Assembly (NCBI GenBank): GCA_000002435.2
Contig: CM018789.1
Source of the DNA: Giardia intestinalis
Lineage: Eukaryota
Strand: one strand, 5' to 3'
DNA: 64,000 nt
A program made the translations under genes and the position numbers. Below are positions 50,386 through 60,165 of this stretch, piece by piece. Under the pieces are notes generated by a model that did no database searches, was not told the DNA's origin, and was given only the letters and a program-made list of their open reading frames with translations. How positions within the stretch are numbered: the stretch's first letter is position 1; every line of letters starts with the position of its first letter.

Positions 50386-53023
50386 TTCTTAAAACCTCCC
50401 CGCAGAATTTAGAAAGGTGATGGGCCATATGTAGGACATGTGGCAAAGATATTGCTTGTGGCCAGTTGACGTACCCGTATGCCATCGCATTTGTCAGCTC
50501 AATGAGCTGATTAAATGAGTCGTTGTCTACTGAGGCCTCCATGGAGTCAAATATGATCTTGTAGCGGATTGGCTTGGGAGTTGTTCCGTGAACTATCGCC
50601 TGACTGGCCATAAGAAACTCGGATCCCTGCTGTCTATTGTCCGGGCTACGGTTAATCACATAGTACCCTGACCGTAAAACAGTACCCCCAACAGCGGAAA
50701 AACGCATAGCGCACGTTTTCTGAGCAACTATAACCTTCAGGTCACACATGGGACGGTTGGATTTGTGATATATTTGACGCAAGCACTCATATAACGACTT
50801 GATTTCTACCTCCAAGGTGGCGCTGATTTGGCTGTCTGATACCCCATCCCGGAAGATGACAATGTGGTCTGGTAAGATCCTGTTATTAAATGCAAGATAC
50901 ACATTACAAGAGTTCTTAATGAAGGCCTCCATAAGAGTTTGCTGCTGGAGCTCTCCCCCATGATTCAATCTGTTTGGCACGAGAGTCTTCTTTTGAGAGT
51001 AAATGTACTCAAAGGAGCCATCATACGTAGATATAAATCCTGCGGTTGATATGGGCACCTCTGCCGGCCTTCCTACGGTCTTCTTCGGGCGAGAGATGTC
51101 AAGTGCACACAGCATCGTAGATTTGGAGTATACATTCTGCGGGGGGAGTACGGGAGCCCACACAGCCCCGCCTGCTTTAGCATATATTTGTTGGCAGACG
51201 CTCCTGAGCACTGCTTGGTCATACCACTGCAGCTCATTTTGAGATGACTTTGGGGCCAAAAGGCACTGGGTAACAATCCCCATATGTGTATAGAATTGCT
51301 TGATACCTTTGTACAAGTCTCCACGATCCTGCTTAGGTCCTGGAATAACGATCACAACAAGTTGAATCTTGGCCACTATCTCACTCTCTCTGGCATCTTT
51401 GTACTCTAATCTAAGCTTATTGAGTAGCGCTTTGAAGGCGTCCTTATATGGTTCCACCCTGTACATCTCACGTCGCTGGTTGCTCAGCTCGACTGCTATA
51501 AGTGGCGGGTCTCCGATGTTAGGAGCCGTAGTGCCTGCCAAGGAGCGAACTCGCTCAGTAAGTTCTTTCCTAAGTCTTCGTGCATAATCATTCCCTAAGT
51601 TCCGTGGAACCATTATCGCCCAAACAGGCATGCCCGTCGCAGGCTGATTGTTATTGGAATAGTAAATCGGAGACACTCCGGGTGATTGGAGAAGATTGTG
51701 AAAGACACCCCCACTATCATCTTCAATGGTAACTATACGAGAGGTATTGTCCATCATGAGCTTGGGGGGCTTGCAGACAAATGTCTCCAGTTCCAGAGGA
51801 TTGCTGGTGAAGCCGAATCCATAATCTCCCAAAAGAGACTGCAGCTCTGTGTCTTCCGCAAGTCTCGCAGCAAACGCTGTTGCTTTTTCGAGCAATGCAT
51901 CTGGGCTCATGGTGCTCAAGGCGACAGCTGCCCTATTAGTGCTGAGCTTGGAGACACCGTAGGGGGCAATTTCATTGTCACTTATAATAATACAAAGGGA
52001 TGATGGTACATTACAAGGTCGTACAACCTTTCCGTTTTGAGTCCTCTTAAGTGGGGTGAGTTTAAGGATGAACTTGTCCTGCTGCATTACAGAGTTACAA
52101 TAATCGTTGTGTCTCAGTAAGGAAAGTCCAGCAGAGTCAATCTTATCTCTATACCTAGTTGAGTAGTAGGTAAAATAGTCTGTTTCATTGCCGTTTGCCA
52201 GTGGCGAGACAATGGTCTGCCCCTGAACTATAGAGTGGACTCTGAAAACCTTTCCGTTGTGCATAGCCATCACAGTGATGACTGCCAGTGCACTAGGGTG
52301 GATGTTTCCACGTCTCTCGGTAAGAAGCTCATTCATGGATTTGGAACGAACCTTTGTTGTTTCTGGAAGGATCTGAAGCCCAAGCTTCCCACGCAATGTC
52401 GCCGTGGTGAGCCGGAAGCCGGGGATCCAGCAGATGTCGTATCCTCTTCCATCAATCTGAATTGCGTGTATAGATGGATTCCTCAAATCGTAAAATCCTG
52501 AGCGAATATTGAGCATACCAAGAGAAGATTCAAAGGTACGTCTAAGTAAAATATTTAGTAGAATCTTCATGGACATCAAGTCCGTGGGATCCATTTGGCG
52601 AACCCGAGTAACCTTGACAGTAGCTTGAACGGGAGTAATGGGCGGTCCTGCTATGTTATTTCGCATGCCCCCTACTCGCCCACCTCTCCTCCTCGGTTTC
52701 TGGGTTGACAGAAATTCAACTGTATGTGTTATAGGCCTGGATCCCAGGTCAATCTGGGAGTAAAAGGAAGATATCGGGCAAGCGTCACTACTAGGGAAAT
52801 CTATAATCAGAGAGTAAAAAAGGCCGTGCTCCAAATTATTTCCAAGGGCCGCGTCCTGTTGCTCGCAAAACCTCTCCAAGGCCCTACAAGAATCTGCGTT
52901 GTCCAGGCTATAGCCTTGATTTGATATATGTATTGAGAGATCATACTGATATACAGGTCTAGCAGATGGTAGAACAGTATACGGATAAAAGTTAATTCGT
53001 GAGGTGACAACATCTGCTACCAT
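50321..53023 (-). CDS. Argonaute/PIWI-domain protein (900 aa)
   Basis: The PIWI region carries [12 protein letters not shown] (the RDG catalytic-triad context) and the C-terminal Ago-like ...HHLSKFCGE. An AT-rich initiator (aaaaaactttgtaaATG) lies directly upstream. The length equals that reported for Giardia Argonaute. Confidence 0.8.
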
Positions 53024-53270
53024 TTACAAAGTTTTTTATATTGATGGAGATCCCAGGTTTGACCTACAAGTGCTCCTGCCAAGGCCCATGCCGCTGCACC
53101 GCAAAGGGGAATAGCGTTGTTTACATAGATCCCAAATTCACGCAATCCAAGGCTACACCGCCAGGTTGTGTTGGACCGAATTGCCCCCCAGGAACTAAAC
53201 CTGTCTCCTAACCTATTTGTAAATAGTAACGTGCGACAAAAATCGAGGCTATTGGTTTGCTTATGCTCCA

Positions 53271-55973
53271 TTAAGGCTCCTGCTCCCCAGGGGCAGCCCC
53301 ACTTCGACCATCATGCGTTACACTAAATCCTCCCCCAACCATTCTGGATGCCGGGCCAGACCCGGAATTTGCTGGCCTAAAGCCGTTTATGCCGCCTTCA
53401 GTGGCTGTCCCGTCACGGAGCATTTGCTCGTATTCTTTCTTCTTCAGAGAAAAGTACTTGCGCTTCATGTCTTGCAGATCACGGGTAAGCCTTTCGATGC
53501 TATCTTTGTACTCGCTAGACTGACTCTGGTACATAGCAAGCTCGCTGCTCAGAGTCTGCAGTTGTCGCGTCTTCGTCTTCAACGCATCCTGATATGCAGA
53601 GAGTTTTTCCAAAACCTCGGACCCTGGTTGCCGCGACAGTACCTTTTTCAGGTCATTGTAGAGCTTCTCCTTTTCTTCTAGCTCAAGATTCTTAGTGGAG
53701 CATTCTTCGGACTTCTGGATAAGTCTTCGCTGGAGATACTGGGTCTTCTTGATCAATTCATATGCTGCAGGATCGGATCCTTCCAGCGAGCGCCATCTAT
53801 GGATATTTACGGGAAGCTGCAGTTCTTGAGACAGCGCCCTGGTCTTTGCGCGCTCGTCGAGCAGGTCACGTTGCAAGCGGTAGAGCTCCTTTTTGTAGGG
53901 TTCTATGCTGGCGGCTTGTCGCCGAAGACTCACTATCTGTCGGCGCAAGTCTGTGATCTTGGCCCGAAGGAGACGAATATCCTCTATCCTGTCTGAATAC
54001 TGCTTTTCTCCCTTTGCCAACGTTGCTTGCTGCACTCTGACACGTTCATAGAGGAGGGAAAGCTCATCATTACGTCGTATCAATTGCGTTCCGAGGATGT
54101 CACGCTCCGATACAACAATACGATACTCCTTCATCTGCCTGTCTCTTTCCATATCAGACTCCGTTATTATGCAATTTAGCTTGGCTATCTCAGTCCTCTG
54201 GATTGCTAGAGCCTCCTCTGCTTCTCGAACCTGCTGCCTGGTCCTCTCAAGCTCCTGGACAGTAGAGTCCTTCTCCTTCAACGCGCTCTTGTGGGCAAAG
54301 TGCTCCTTTAGCAGGCTCTCATCTTTTGTTTGTATCTCCGATTTAAGCTGGTCTATGACGTGAGACAGAACACGAAACTTCCTCCTTAGTTCTGAAACCT
54401 CGTCCTGTGCCTCCACAAGGGACTTTGAGTAAAGATTCCTGTCTGAACGAACACTCTCATAGAGAGCCTGTTGCTGTTTTAGCTTCACATCCGCGTCCGA
54501 TACCCTTTTTTGAAGATCTGAGATCGCTAGATCACGGACCCGTATCTCCTGCACGGCCTGAAGATACTTTTGCTGGGCCTCGGTGGACTTTTGGGAGAAC
54601 ATTTCCCTCTCTTTTTCAAGCGAGAAGATGATTTTGCGCTGCTTTTGTGATTCATTTCTAAATGAGAGTATCTCTTGCTCGTAGTTTTTGGCTTGGTTCT
54701 CCATACGCTTTAGTAGATCGTCCTTGTCTGCTATGGAAACTTGGGCAACATGAAGCGATTTCCCAACAAGCTGAGCTTCTCGACTCAGCTGATCGTGCTC
54801 GCGGCCAATTTCGTTATTCTCATGCTTAAGTTGCTTGAGCTCTTGTTCAGCTTGCGTCAGCTGTCCCTTGAGCTGCTCTACCTTCTCTTCTGTATTATGC
54901 TTGGCTATCTCCAGCGAGTCCAGCTTACTCTGCAGAGAAGTGAGAGTTTTTTGGGCTTTTGCAGCCTCTGCTCGAGCCTGTGCTGCCTCTTGTAGATGCT
55001 GTTGGATCTGTGTTTCCTTCTCGGCGTTAGAGCTCTGTAGATTAGTGGATTGTCTGTTTGCTTCAGAAAGATCGGCCTTTAGCTTGTGTATTTTGTCCTG
55101 TAAAGAGCTTATTGTAGCCTTTGTTTTCTGGAGCTCTTCATATTCTTGTCCAGATCGTGTTTCGGCTTTGGTAAGCTCTGTCTTGAGGTGATTCACATCC
55201 TGTTCCTTGTTGGCTATATCTCGCTCGAGGTTCTCACACTTTAGACGGAGGGATGCTAGCTCACGGTCCAAATGCTCCCTACGCTGTAACTCCCGGGCTG
55301 CCTCAGATCTGTGTTGCGCGACCTGCTCTTTCAGCGCACGTACACGTAACTCCGAACTGACCTTTTCAGACTCTAGTTGTTTAATGCGATCTAGATGTTG
55401 ATTAAGCTCTTCCCGGAGAAGAGAAATGCGCTTTCCTCTGTTTTCGTACTCCTGTTGCAGCACTGCCTTCGCTCTCAGAAGGTCTTCAATATTCTGTTCT
55501 TCTGGTACTCCTACGTTAGTTCCTGCTGTCGCTGTATCTATCATCCCTCTAAGGGATTGGACCTCGGCTCTCAATTTATCAATCTGCTCGGTTTGAACTC
55601 CTTCCTTCTCACGTGCCAAATCGACAATCTTCCATGCTTTGTCTATTTCTGCCTTTAGTGAAGAAATGGTTGATTGATCCTCCTTTGAAAGCCGTAACGC
55701 AGTCTTTATCTTCTGATTATTGATGCTCAGATTCTGGGCTAGCTCTCTTACACGCTGTACAAGAAGCTTCTCGTTCTCGTGCGATTTTCGCAATGCTGTG
55801 TGAAGCTTCTCGTATTCTGTCCGAAACAGGTCTAGAGAAGAGTCACCAACCAGTTCGGCCAAAACTTCGTGGAAGTCTCTCTCAATGGCCGCAAATGCAG
55901 CATCATCGATGGCCAGGTCATATGCCGCAAGTGCCTTCTCGTCTATCTGGATAGGATCGGGATTATCTGCCAT
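53271..55973 (-). CDS. Long coiled-coil protein (900 aa; cytoskeletal/axoneme-associated type)
   Basis: Heptad-rich E/K/Q/L-rich sequence runs throughout (LKAEIDKAWK..., LERDIANKEQD...), with an S/G-rich C-terminus. Confidence 0.6.
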   Translation of the reverse strand: MADNPDPIQIDEKALAAYDLAIDDAAFAAIERDFHEVLAELVGDSSLDLFRTEYEKLHTALRKSHENEKLLVQRVRELAQNLSINNQKIKTALRLSKEDQSTISSLKAEIDKAWKIVDLAREKEGVQTEQIDKLRAEVQSLRGMIDTATAGTNVGVPEEQNIEDLLRAKAVLQQEYENRGKRISLLREELNQHLDRIKQLESEKVSSELRVRALKEQVAQHRSEAARELQRREHLDRELASLRLKCENLERDIANKEQDVNHLKTELTKAETRSGQEYEELQKTKATISSLQDKIHKLKADLSEANRQSTNLQSSNAEKETQIQQHLQEAAQARAEAAKAQKTLTSLQSKLDSLEIAKHNTEEKVEQLKGQLTQAEQELKQLKHENNEIGREHDQLSREAQLVGKSLHVAQVSIADKDDLLKRMENQAKNYEQEILSFRNESQKQRKIIFSLEKEREMFSQKSTEAQQKYLQAVQEIRVRDLAISDLQKRVSDADVKLKQQQALYESVRSDRNLYSKSLVEAQDEVSELRRKFRVLSHVIDQLKSEIQTKDESLLKEHFAHKSALKEKDSTVQELERTRQQVREAEEALAIQRTEIAKLNCIITESDMERDRQMKEYRIVVSERDILGTQLIRRNDELSLLYERVRVQQATLAKGEKQYSDRIEDIRLLRAKITDLRRQIVSLRRQAASIEPYKKELYRLQRDLLDERAKTRALSQELQLPVNIHRWRSLEGSDPAAYELIKKTQYLQRRLIQKSEECSTKNLELEEKEKLYNDLKKVLSRQPGSEVLEKLSAYQDALKTKTRQLQTLSSELAMYQSQSSEYKDSIERLTRDLQDMKRKYFSLKKKEYEQMLRDGTATEGGINGFRPANSGSGPASRMVGGGFSVTHDGRSGAAPGEQEP

Positions 55974-56145
55974 GAGTCTTTTTCCAGATTTTGCAAAATT
56001 AAATGTCTTAATTAATTTACAAATTTAATTATGGAAAAACTCAAGCAAAAACACTACAGTTATTCAATTAGAAATAGATTTAATAGAAGATTGGCACTGG
56101 CAGAACATTTATTGTGAGGCTACAGACGAAGATGAGAATGGAAGA

Positions 56146-57303
56146 CTAGGCTCCTTCCAGCTCAGGAAGATCAGAGGGGATACTACCTTCAATATCACTG
56201 TCGGACACATCCTGAGTGTGGACAATAGGTTCGAGTTTTCGTGCATCCTTGTCTGGAGCAATGACCACGGGGGTCTGGCTAGTAAGCTCCTTGGAGGATG
56301 AAACCCAGATACCTTCCTGGAGTGCGCTGGGGTTTACGACACGTACATAGATCTTTAAGGCTCCAGTAGACGTAATACGACGGCACACAACGCTGTCTGC
56401 AAAGATCTCATAAGGCCAGGCTATCTGCATTTGCTTTTTACTCTCCTTACTGACGAGTAGGATAGAGAAGGGATCTACGTCGATTTCGAGTAAATCTGTC
56501 TGCATGTGGATAGGAACCATTATTTTGCAGCAGATTTCTCTCCTACTAGCATCTTCTTCGAATTGGAATGCGAAGCCTAGCTCGTTATACTGCCTGATTG
56601 AACCGGTATTGGGATCTACTGTGCGTGGAGGGCGGCGTCTTTCCTCCGGCAGGATATTTTTATTCTTATACTCAGCCGAAGCCGTCTCTTCTGCAGCACG
56701 TTTAACCTTTATGTTAGCATCTCTATCTTCATAGTCACTGTTATCACTGTCTTCGTCCCAGCGAGGTATATCACACTCCCGAAAGGATGTTGCAGTTATC
56801 TCCGCTAAATGTTCATTGTAGATACTGTTAGCCAGGATGCGGTCTGTGCGGGTTATCTCATGACCATCAAGCTTCTCTAGATGTGGAAGTACAGTAATCA
56901 AATACTCACGCCAATACGGATAAGTAGTGAGAGGATTCCCCACCACGTAGAGTTCTGTAAGCCGTGAGAGATGGCCCAGCATTGCAAAATCTAAGTAATT
57001 ATGGATATAGTTTGCTGTTAGATCCAGTTTCTCTAAGGATTCCAGGGAAGCAAGATTTTCTAATTTAGTGACTCTATTTATTGCTAGATTGAGATACTTT
57101 AGCTTCTTTAGCGTGCTTAAGTTCTCTATGCGCCGGATTTTGTTGTTCTGCAGAAGGAGAATCTGCAAATTTCTACAAACATCCCCAATGAGTTCAATCT
57201 TTCTGATCATGTACTGATGCAGCGCTATCTCTTCCAGGGTATCCAAGATACTATTGTTGTGCTCTGAGCGCTTCCTGAGAAGATCCAGGGTTATCTTGAC
57301 CAT
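56146..57303 (-). CDS. LRRC6/TilB (Seahorse)-like LRR + CS-domain protein, axonemal dynein-arm assembly factor
   Basis: The N-terminus MVKITLDLLRKRSEHNNSILDTLEEIALHQYMIRKIELIGDVCRNLQILLLQNNKIRRIENLSTLKKLKYLNLAINRV aligns closely with human LRRC6 [78 protein letters not shown]. An LRRcap is present (LYVVGNPLTTYPYWREYLI) and the C-terminal region is p23/CS-like. Confidence 0.75.
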   Translation of the reverse strand: MVKITLDLLRKRSEHNNSILDTLEEIALHQYMIRKIELIGDVCRNLQILLLQNNKIRRIENLSTLKKLKYLNLAINRVTKLENLASLESLEKLDLTANYIHNYLDFAMLGHLSRLTELYVVGNPLTTYPYWREYLITVLPHLEKLDGHEITRTDRILANSIYNEHLAEITATSFRECDIPRWDEDSDNSDYEDRDANIKVKRAAEETASAEYKNKNILPEERRRPPRTVDPNTGSIRQYNELGFAFQFEEDASRREICCKIMVPIHMQTDLLEIDVDPFSILLVSKESKKQMQIAWPYEIFADSVVCRRITSTGALKIYVRVVNPSALQEGIWVSSSKELTSQTPVVIAPDKDARKLEPIVHTQDVSDSDIEGSIPSDLPELEGA

Positions 57304-57574
57304 GCCTTTTTAGATTTCAGAAGAATCAAAGAGATTTACTCTTCCTATGAAAGCATCAATTTCTCTTGTAGTATTGCACTATCCGTGCATACTATATGTT
57401 GTGCATAGGTCTTCACACTCCTTTACTGCATGAGTCATAGCGAAGATCAATCCATGAGCAAGCGAACGGCCAGTATAACCTGGATGTCAACTATTAAGGA
57501 AGCGCTCTGAATGAATAATTGCCCTTCATGTGAGCCATTGCCGCTCTGAGTAGGCCTCCCGCTCACCGCCCGGG

Positions 57575-59057
57575 ATCCAAATCCAGAGTCCGAAGCTCGG
57601 ATGCCCTCGATCCCGGCGGAAGAACATCTATGCCTCGTCTCTCCTAGAAGCTGCCGCTCCTCGCGGTGCCCCCTAGGACTTTCCTTCCTCTGGCCCGTCG
57701 GGGTCAACTACCGTCTGGCACTGGTGGGCACCTACTATCTCAGGGCCTTGCGTCAGTCGCGGCGATCTAGTCTCAAGAGCAATTGACTCTGGCAATGTAC
57801 TCCAGGATTGCTTCGTGGTGCTGATGCTCTACGACGAAGATCCCACGCCACGACCCCGGGTGTCTACCCCGTTCCTCGGGGTGCTTCTTCGTCTCCTCAT
57901 GGATTGCACCATCAGTCCCGAGTATGACCGGAGGGTGCGCTCCTCGTGCGCCTCTGTCTTGGAGTCATAGTACGCGTTCGTGGATGCCGGCGGAGTACTC
58001 CCATGCGTTGGCGTTGGAGGAGAGGTCTGGCTTCTGGTTTGCCCTCCTATTCATGAATCACAGTGCACTCTTGCAGCTGGTCCGTCACCCAGCACGAGAT
58101 CACATCGACGCTCACCCTGTGCAGCGTGTCTGGCTTAGCTGACCTGTGGGCTGGTCCATCTGCACAGCACACTTGGGGTGATGCTTCGGTCTGTCGAGGC
58201 GTCGTCCAAAGCACCAGGAGCGATCAGGACCGGTTCACCGTCAGGCCGTCTCTCTCTACAACCGGCACCCGTCTACTCGATGGTGTCAAGGGATTACCAA
58301 CTGCTGCGGCAGACGCCAGACAGGTGTTCCAGGCCGCCACTCTTCGGTGCAGGCAGGATCAGTCCGCCTCCGTCAGCCAAGCACCCCAGGGGCTCCATCT
58401 CTTGCCGAGGGATTCACATAGGCCACGTGCGGGTCCATCTCGACCAGCGTGGCGAGTGATTAGTGCCATCACTGGCTTCGGCCCTCCGTTGCCCTGGGAG
58501 CTCCTTCGACCGGCCAGGAAGGAGGCCTCCTGCCCCTCTGTGTTCCTATACTTGTCAGTGTTGACCGTCGAGCCATGTTGCTTCACCAGGCCTGCCGCCT
58601 CTGTGACTACCCCCGCCACGTCATTGTTGCTACTATGGAAGATGAGTGTGTCGTCGGCATGGGCACTGAGCGGGGTCTCTCCTCAGCTCCTGGCGAGCAG
58701 GTTCTGTCCCGCGCAGCACAGAAGCATGCGCAGGGCCCCGAGGGACCGAGTCCAGGGGTGCAGCGTGGCGCAATTGGAGGAAGGCCTCGACGCAGCTCCT
58801 CAGGACGGGAGCACACTCGCCCGGCAGAGGCCGTCTGCTGTTGGGGTTCGTTATGTCGAGCAAGACCGCTGTGCCCATCAGCCTGTGTCTCCCTGTGCCA
58901 TGCGAACGCCACCATGTGCAGTCGGTGGAACGCAGTCTGCTCGGTCTCGAGGAAGACCAATGTCTGGGTCTCCAGGAGGCTCGGGACTGCCTTGTGGAGC
59001 GCATCATGATCGTCCACCGATTGCACTTGCCCTGTCTCGTCCTTGGGAAGAGGGAAG
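57575..59057 (-). repeat. GC-rich repeat copy C: inverted, 5'-truncated (about 1.48 kb) and more divergent
   Basis: The peptide MTGGCAPRAPLSWSHSTRSW...VQRVWLS occurs at 57924-58142 on the plus strand. The identical peptide is on the minus strand in copies A and B (12755-12973 and 21498-21716). Homology covers the copy-A interval of roughly 11840-13300 with indels, and the first roughly 1 kb of the A/B unit is missing. Confidence 0.7.
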
Positions 59058-59403
59058 AACAAGAGTTCTTCTTCTCCCGGCGGAGTCGCTTGGCACTTGA
59101 ATTCGAACTCTGAATCTGGATCTTGGTTGATGCAGGGGCGAGAGGTTGCCAGCCTAAGACGGCGATGGCTCGCATGGGAGACCTGTTCAGACAGCAGTTG
59201 ACAAACCAACTTCGGTGAAATAGAGTAAGTGGTGCATCTGTTCACTTACTTCTAGTTCAGCACCTATTAGGAATCGTACTAAAAAGCGTGAGAAGTAGTG
59301 CAGAAGTTTTAGTACATAAGAGTAGATATCACAAGACCAAAAAGTGTTAACTTGTAGCAGTTTTCCTACAGTAGCTGTATAGTTATCAGTACAAAACAAG
59401 CAT

Positions 59404-60165
59404 ATGCTTTACATCATTTTGGCCACCTATCATGAAGAAAGTAACATTGGGGCAGTTGTTTTTCACTTGGTTCGTATACTTGAAGAGCCCTTCTTCCTTA
59501 TTATTGATGATTCCGAAGATAACAGTACTCGTGTGGCTGTTCTTCAGGCTTTCACAGCGCTACGGTTCAGTAACTATAAGTACATTCACCGCGGCCAGAA
59601 GCGTGGCTTGGGGACAGCCTATCGTTGCGCTATGAAAGAACTTACTGCCCTAGCAAGCAATAATGTCAACGAGGCGGATGACATGGTAGCCATTTTAGAT
59701 TCCGATCTTTCTCATGATCCTTGTGATATTGCGAAGCTTGCTACATGTATGCGTGAAACTGGAGCCGATATTGTTGCCGGTTCGAGATATCGGACCGGTG
59801 GATCAGTCTCGGGTTGGCCTCGTCGACGAATAGCAATTAGCTCTACGGCGAATTTCCTAGCACAGACTGTTCTAGGAATCCGGGTGACTGACTGCACCAG
59901 CAGCATGAGAGTCTATAAGCTTTCTACGATTATGTCCATCATTGACCAAACAAGATCTACGGGATTCTCAATTCAGCTAGAACTCATTTCGTTAGCGAGT
60001 ATGTATGGCTATAAACTGCTTGAAGTCCCGATATGCTTCTCCGAGCGCGTCAATGGAAGTAGCTCGTTATCATGTAAGGAAATTTACAAATTTCTGATGC
60101 TCATTGCCCATCTGTGGTGGAAGCAGCGTACCAGCGAGGCACGCAGAACGCTTTGTGGTCAGTAG
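59404..60165 (+). CDS. DPM1: Dolichol-phosphate mannosyltransferase catalytic subunit (DPM1, GT2 family)
   Basis: The stretch YIILATYHEESNI...IIDDSEDNSTRV...KRGLGTAYRCAMKELTA...DSDLSHDP...ADIVAGSRYRTGGSVSGWPRRRIAISSTANFLAQ aligns to human DPM1 SVLLPTYNEREN...IIDDGSPDGTRD...KLGLGTAYIHGMKHATG...DADLSHHP...[34 protein letters not shown]. Confidence 0.8.
   Translation: MLYIILATYHEESNIGAVVFHLVRILEEPFFLIIDDSEDNSTRVAVLQAFTALRFSNYKYIHRGQKRGLGTAYRCAMKELTALASNNVNEADDMVAILDSDLSHDPCDIAKLATCMRETGADIVAGSRYRTGGSVSGWPRRRIAISSTANFLAQTVLGIRVTDCTSSMRVYKLSTIMSIIDQTRSTGFSIQLELISLASMYGYKLLEVPICFSERVNGSSSLSCKEIYKFLMLIAHLWWKQRTSEARRTLCGQ

Noticed and set aside
53017-53271. An 84-aa ORF between the coiled-coil gene and the Argonaute start.
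   Set aside because: It overlaps the Argonaute start codon and AT-rich initiator and has no motif. It is more likely the intergenic or promoter region.
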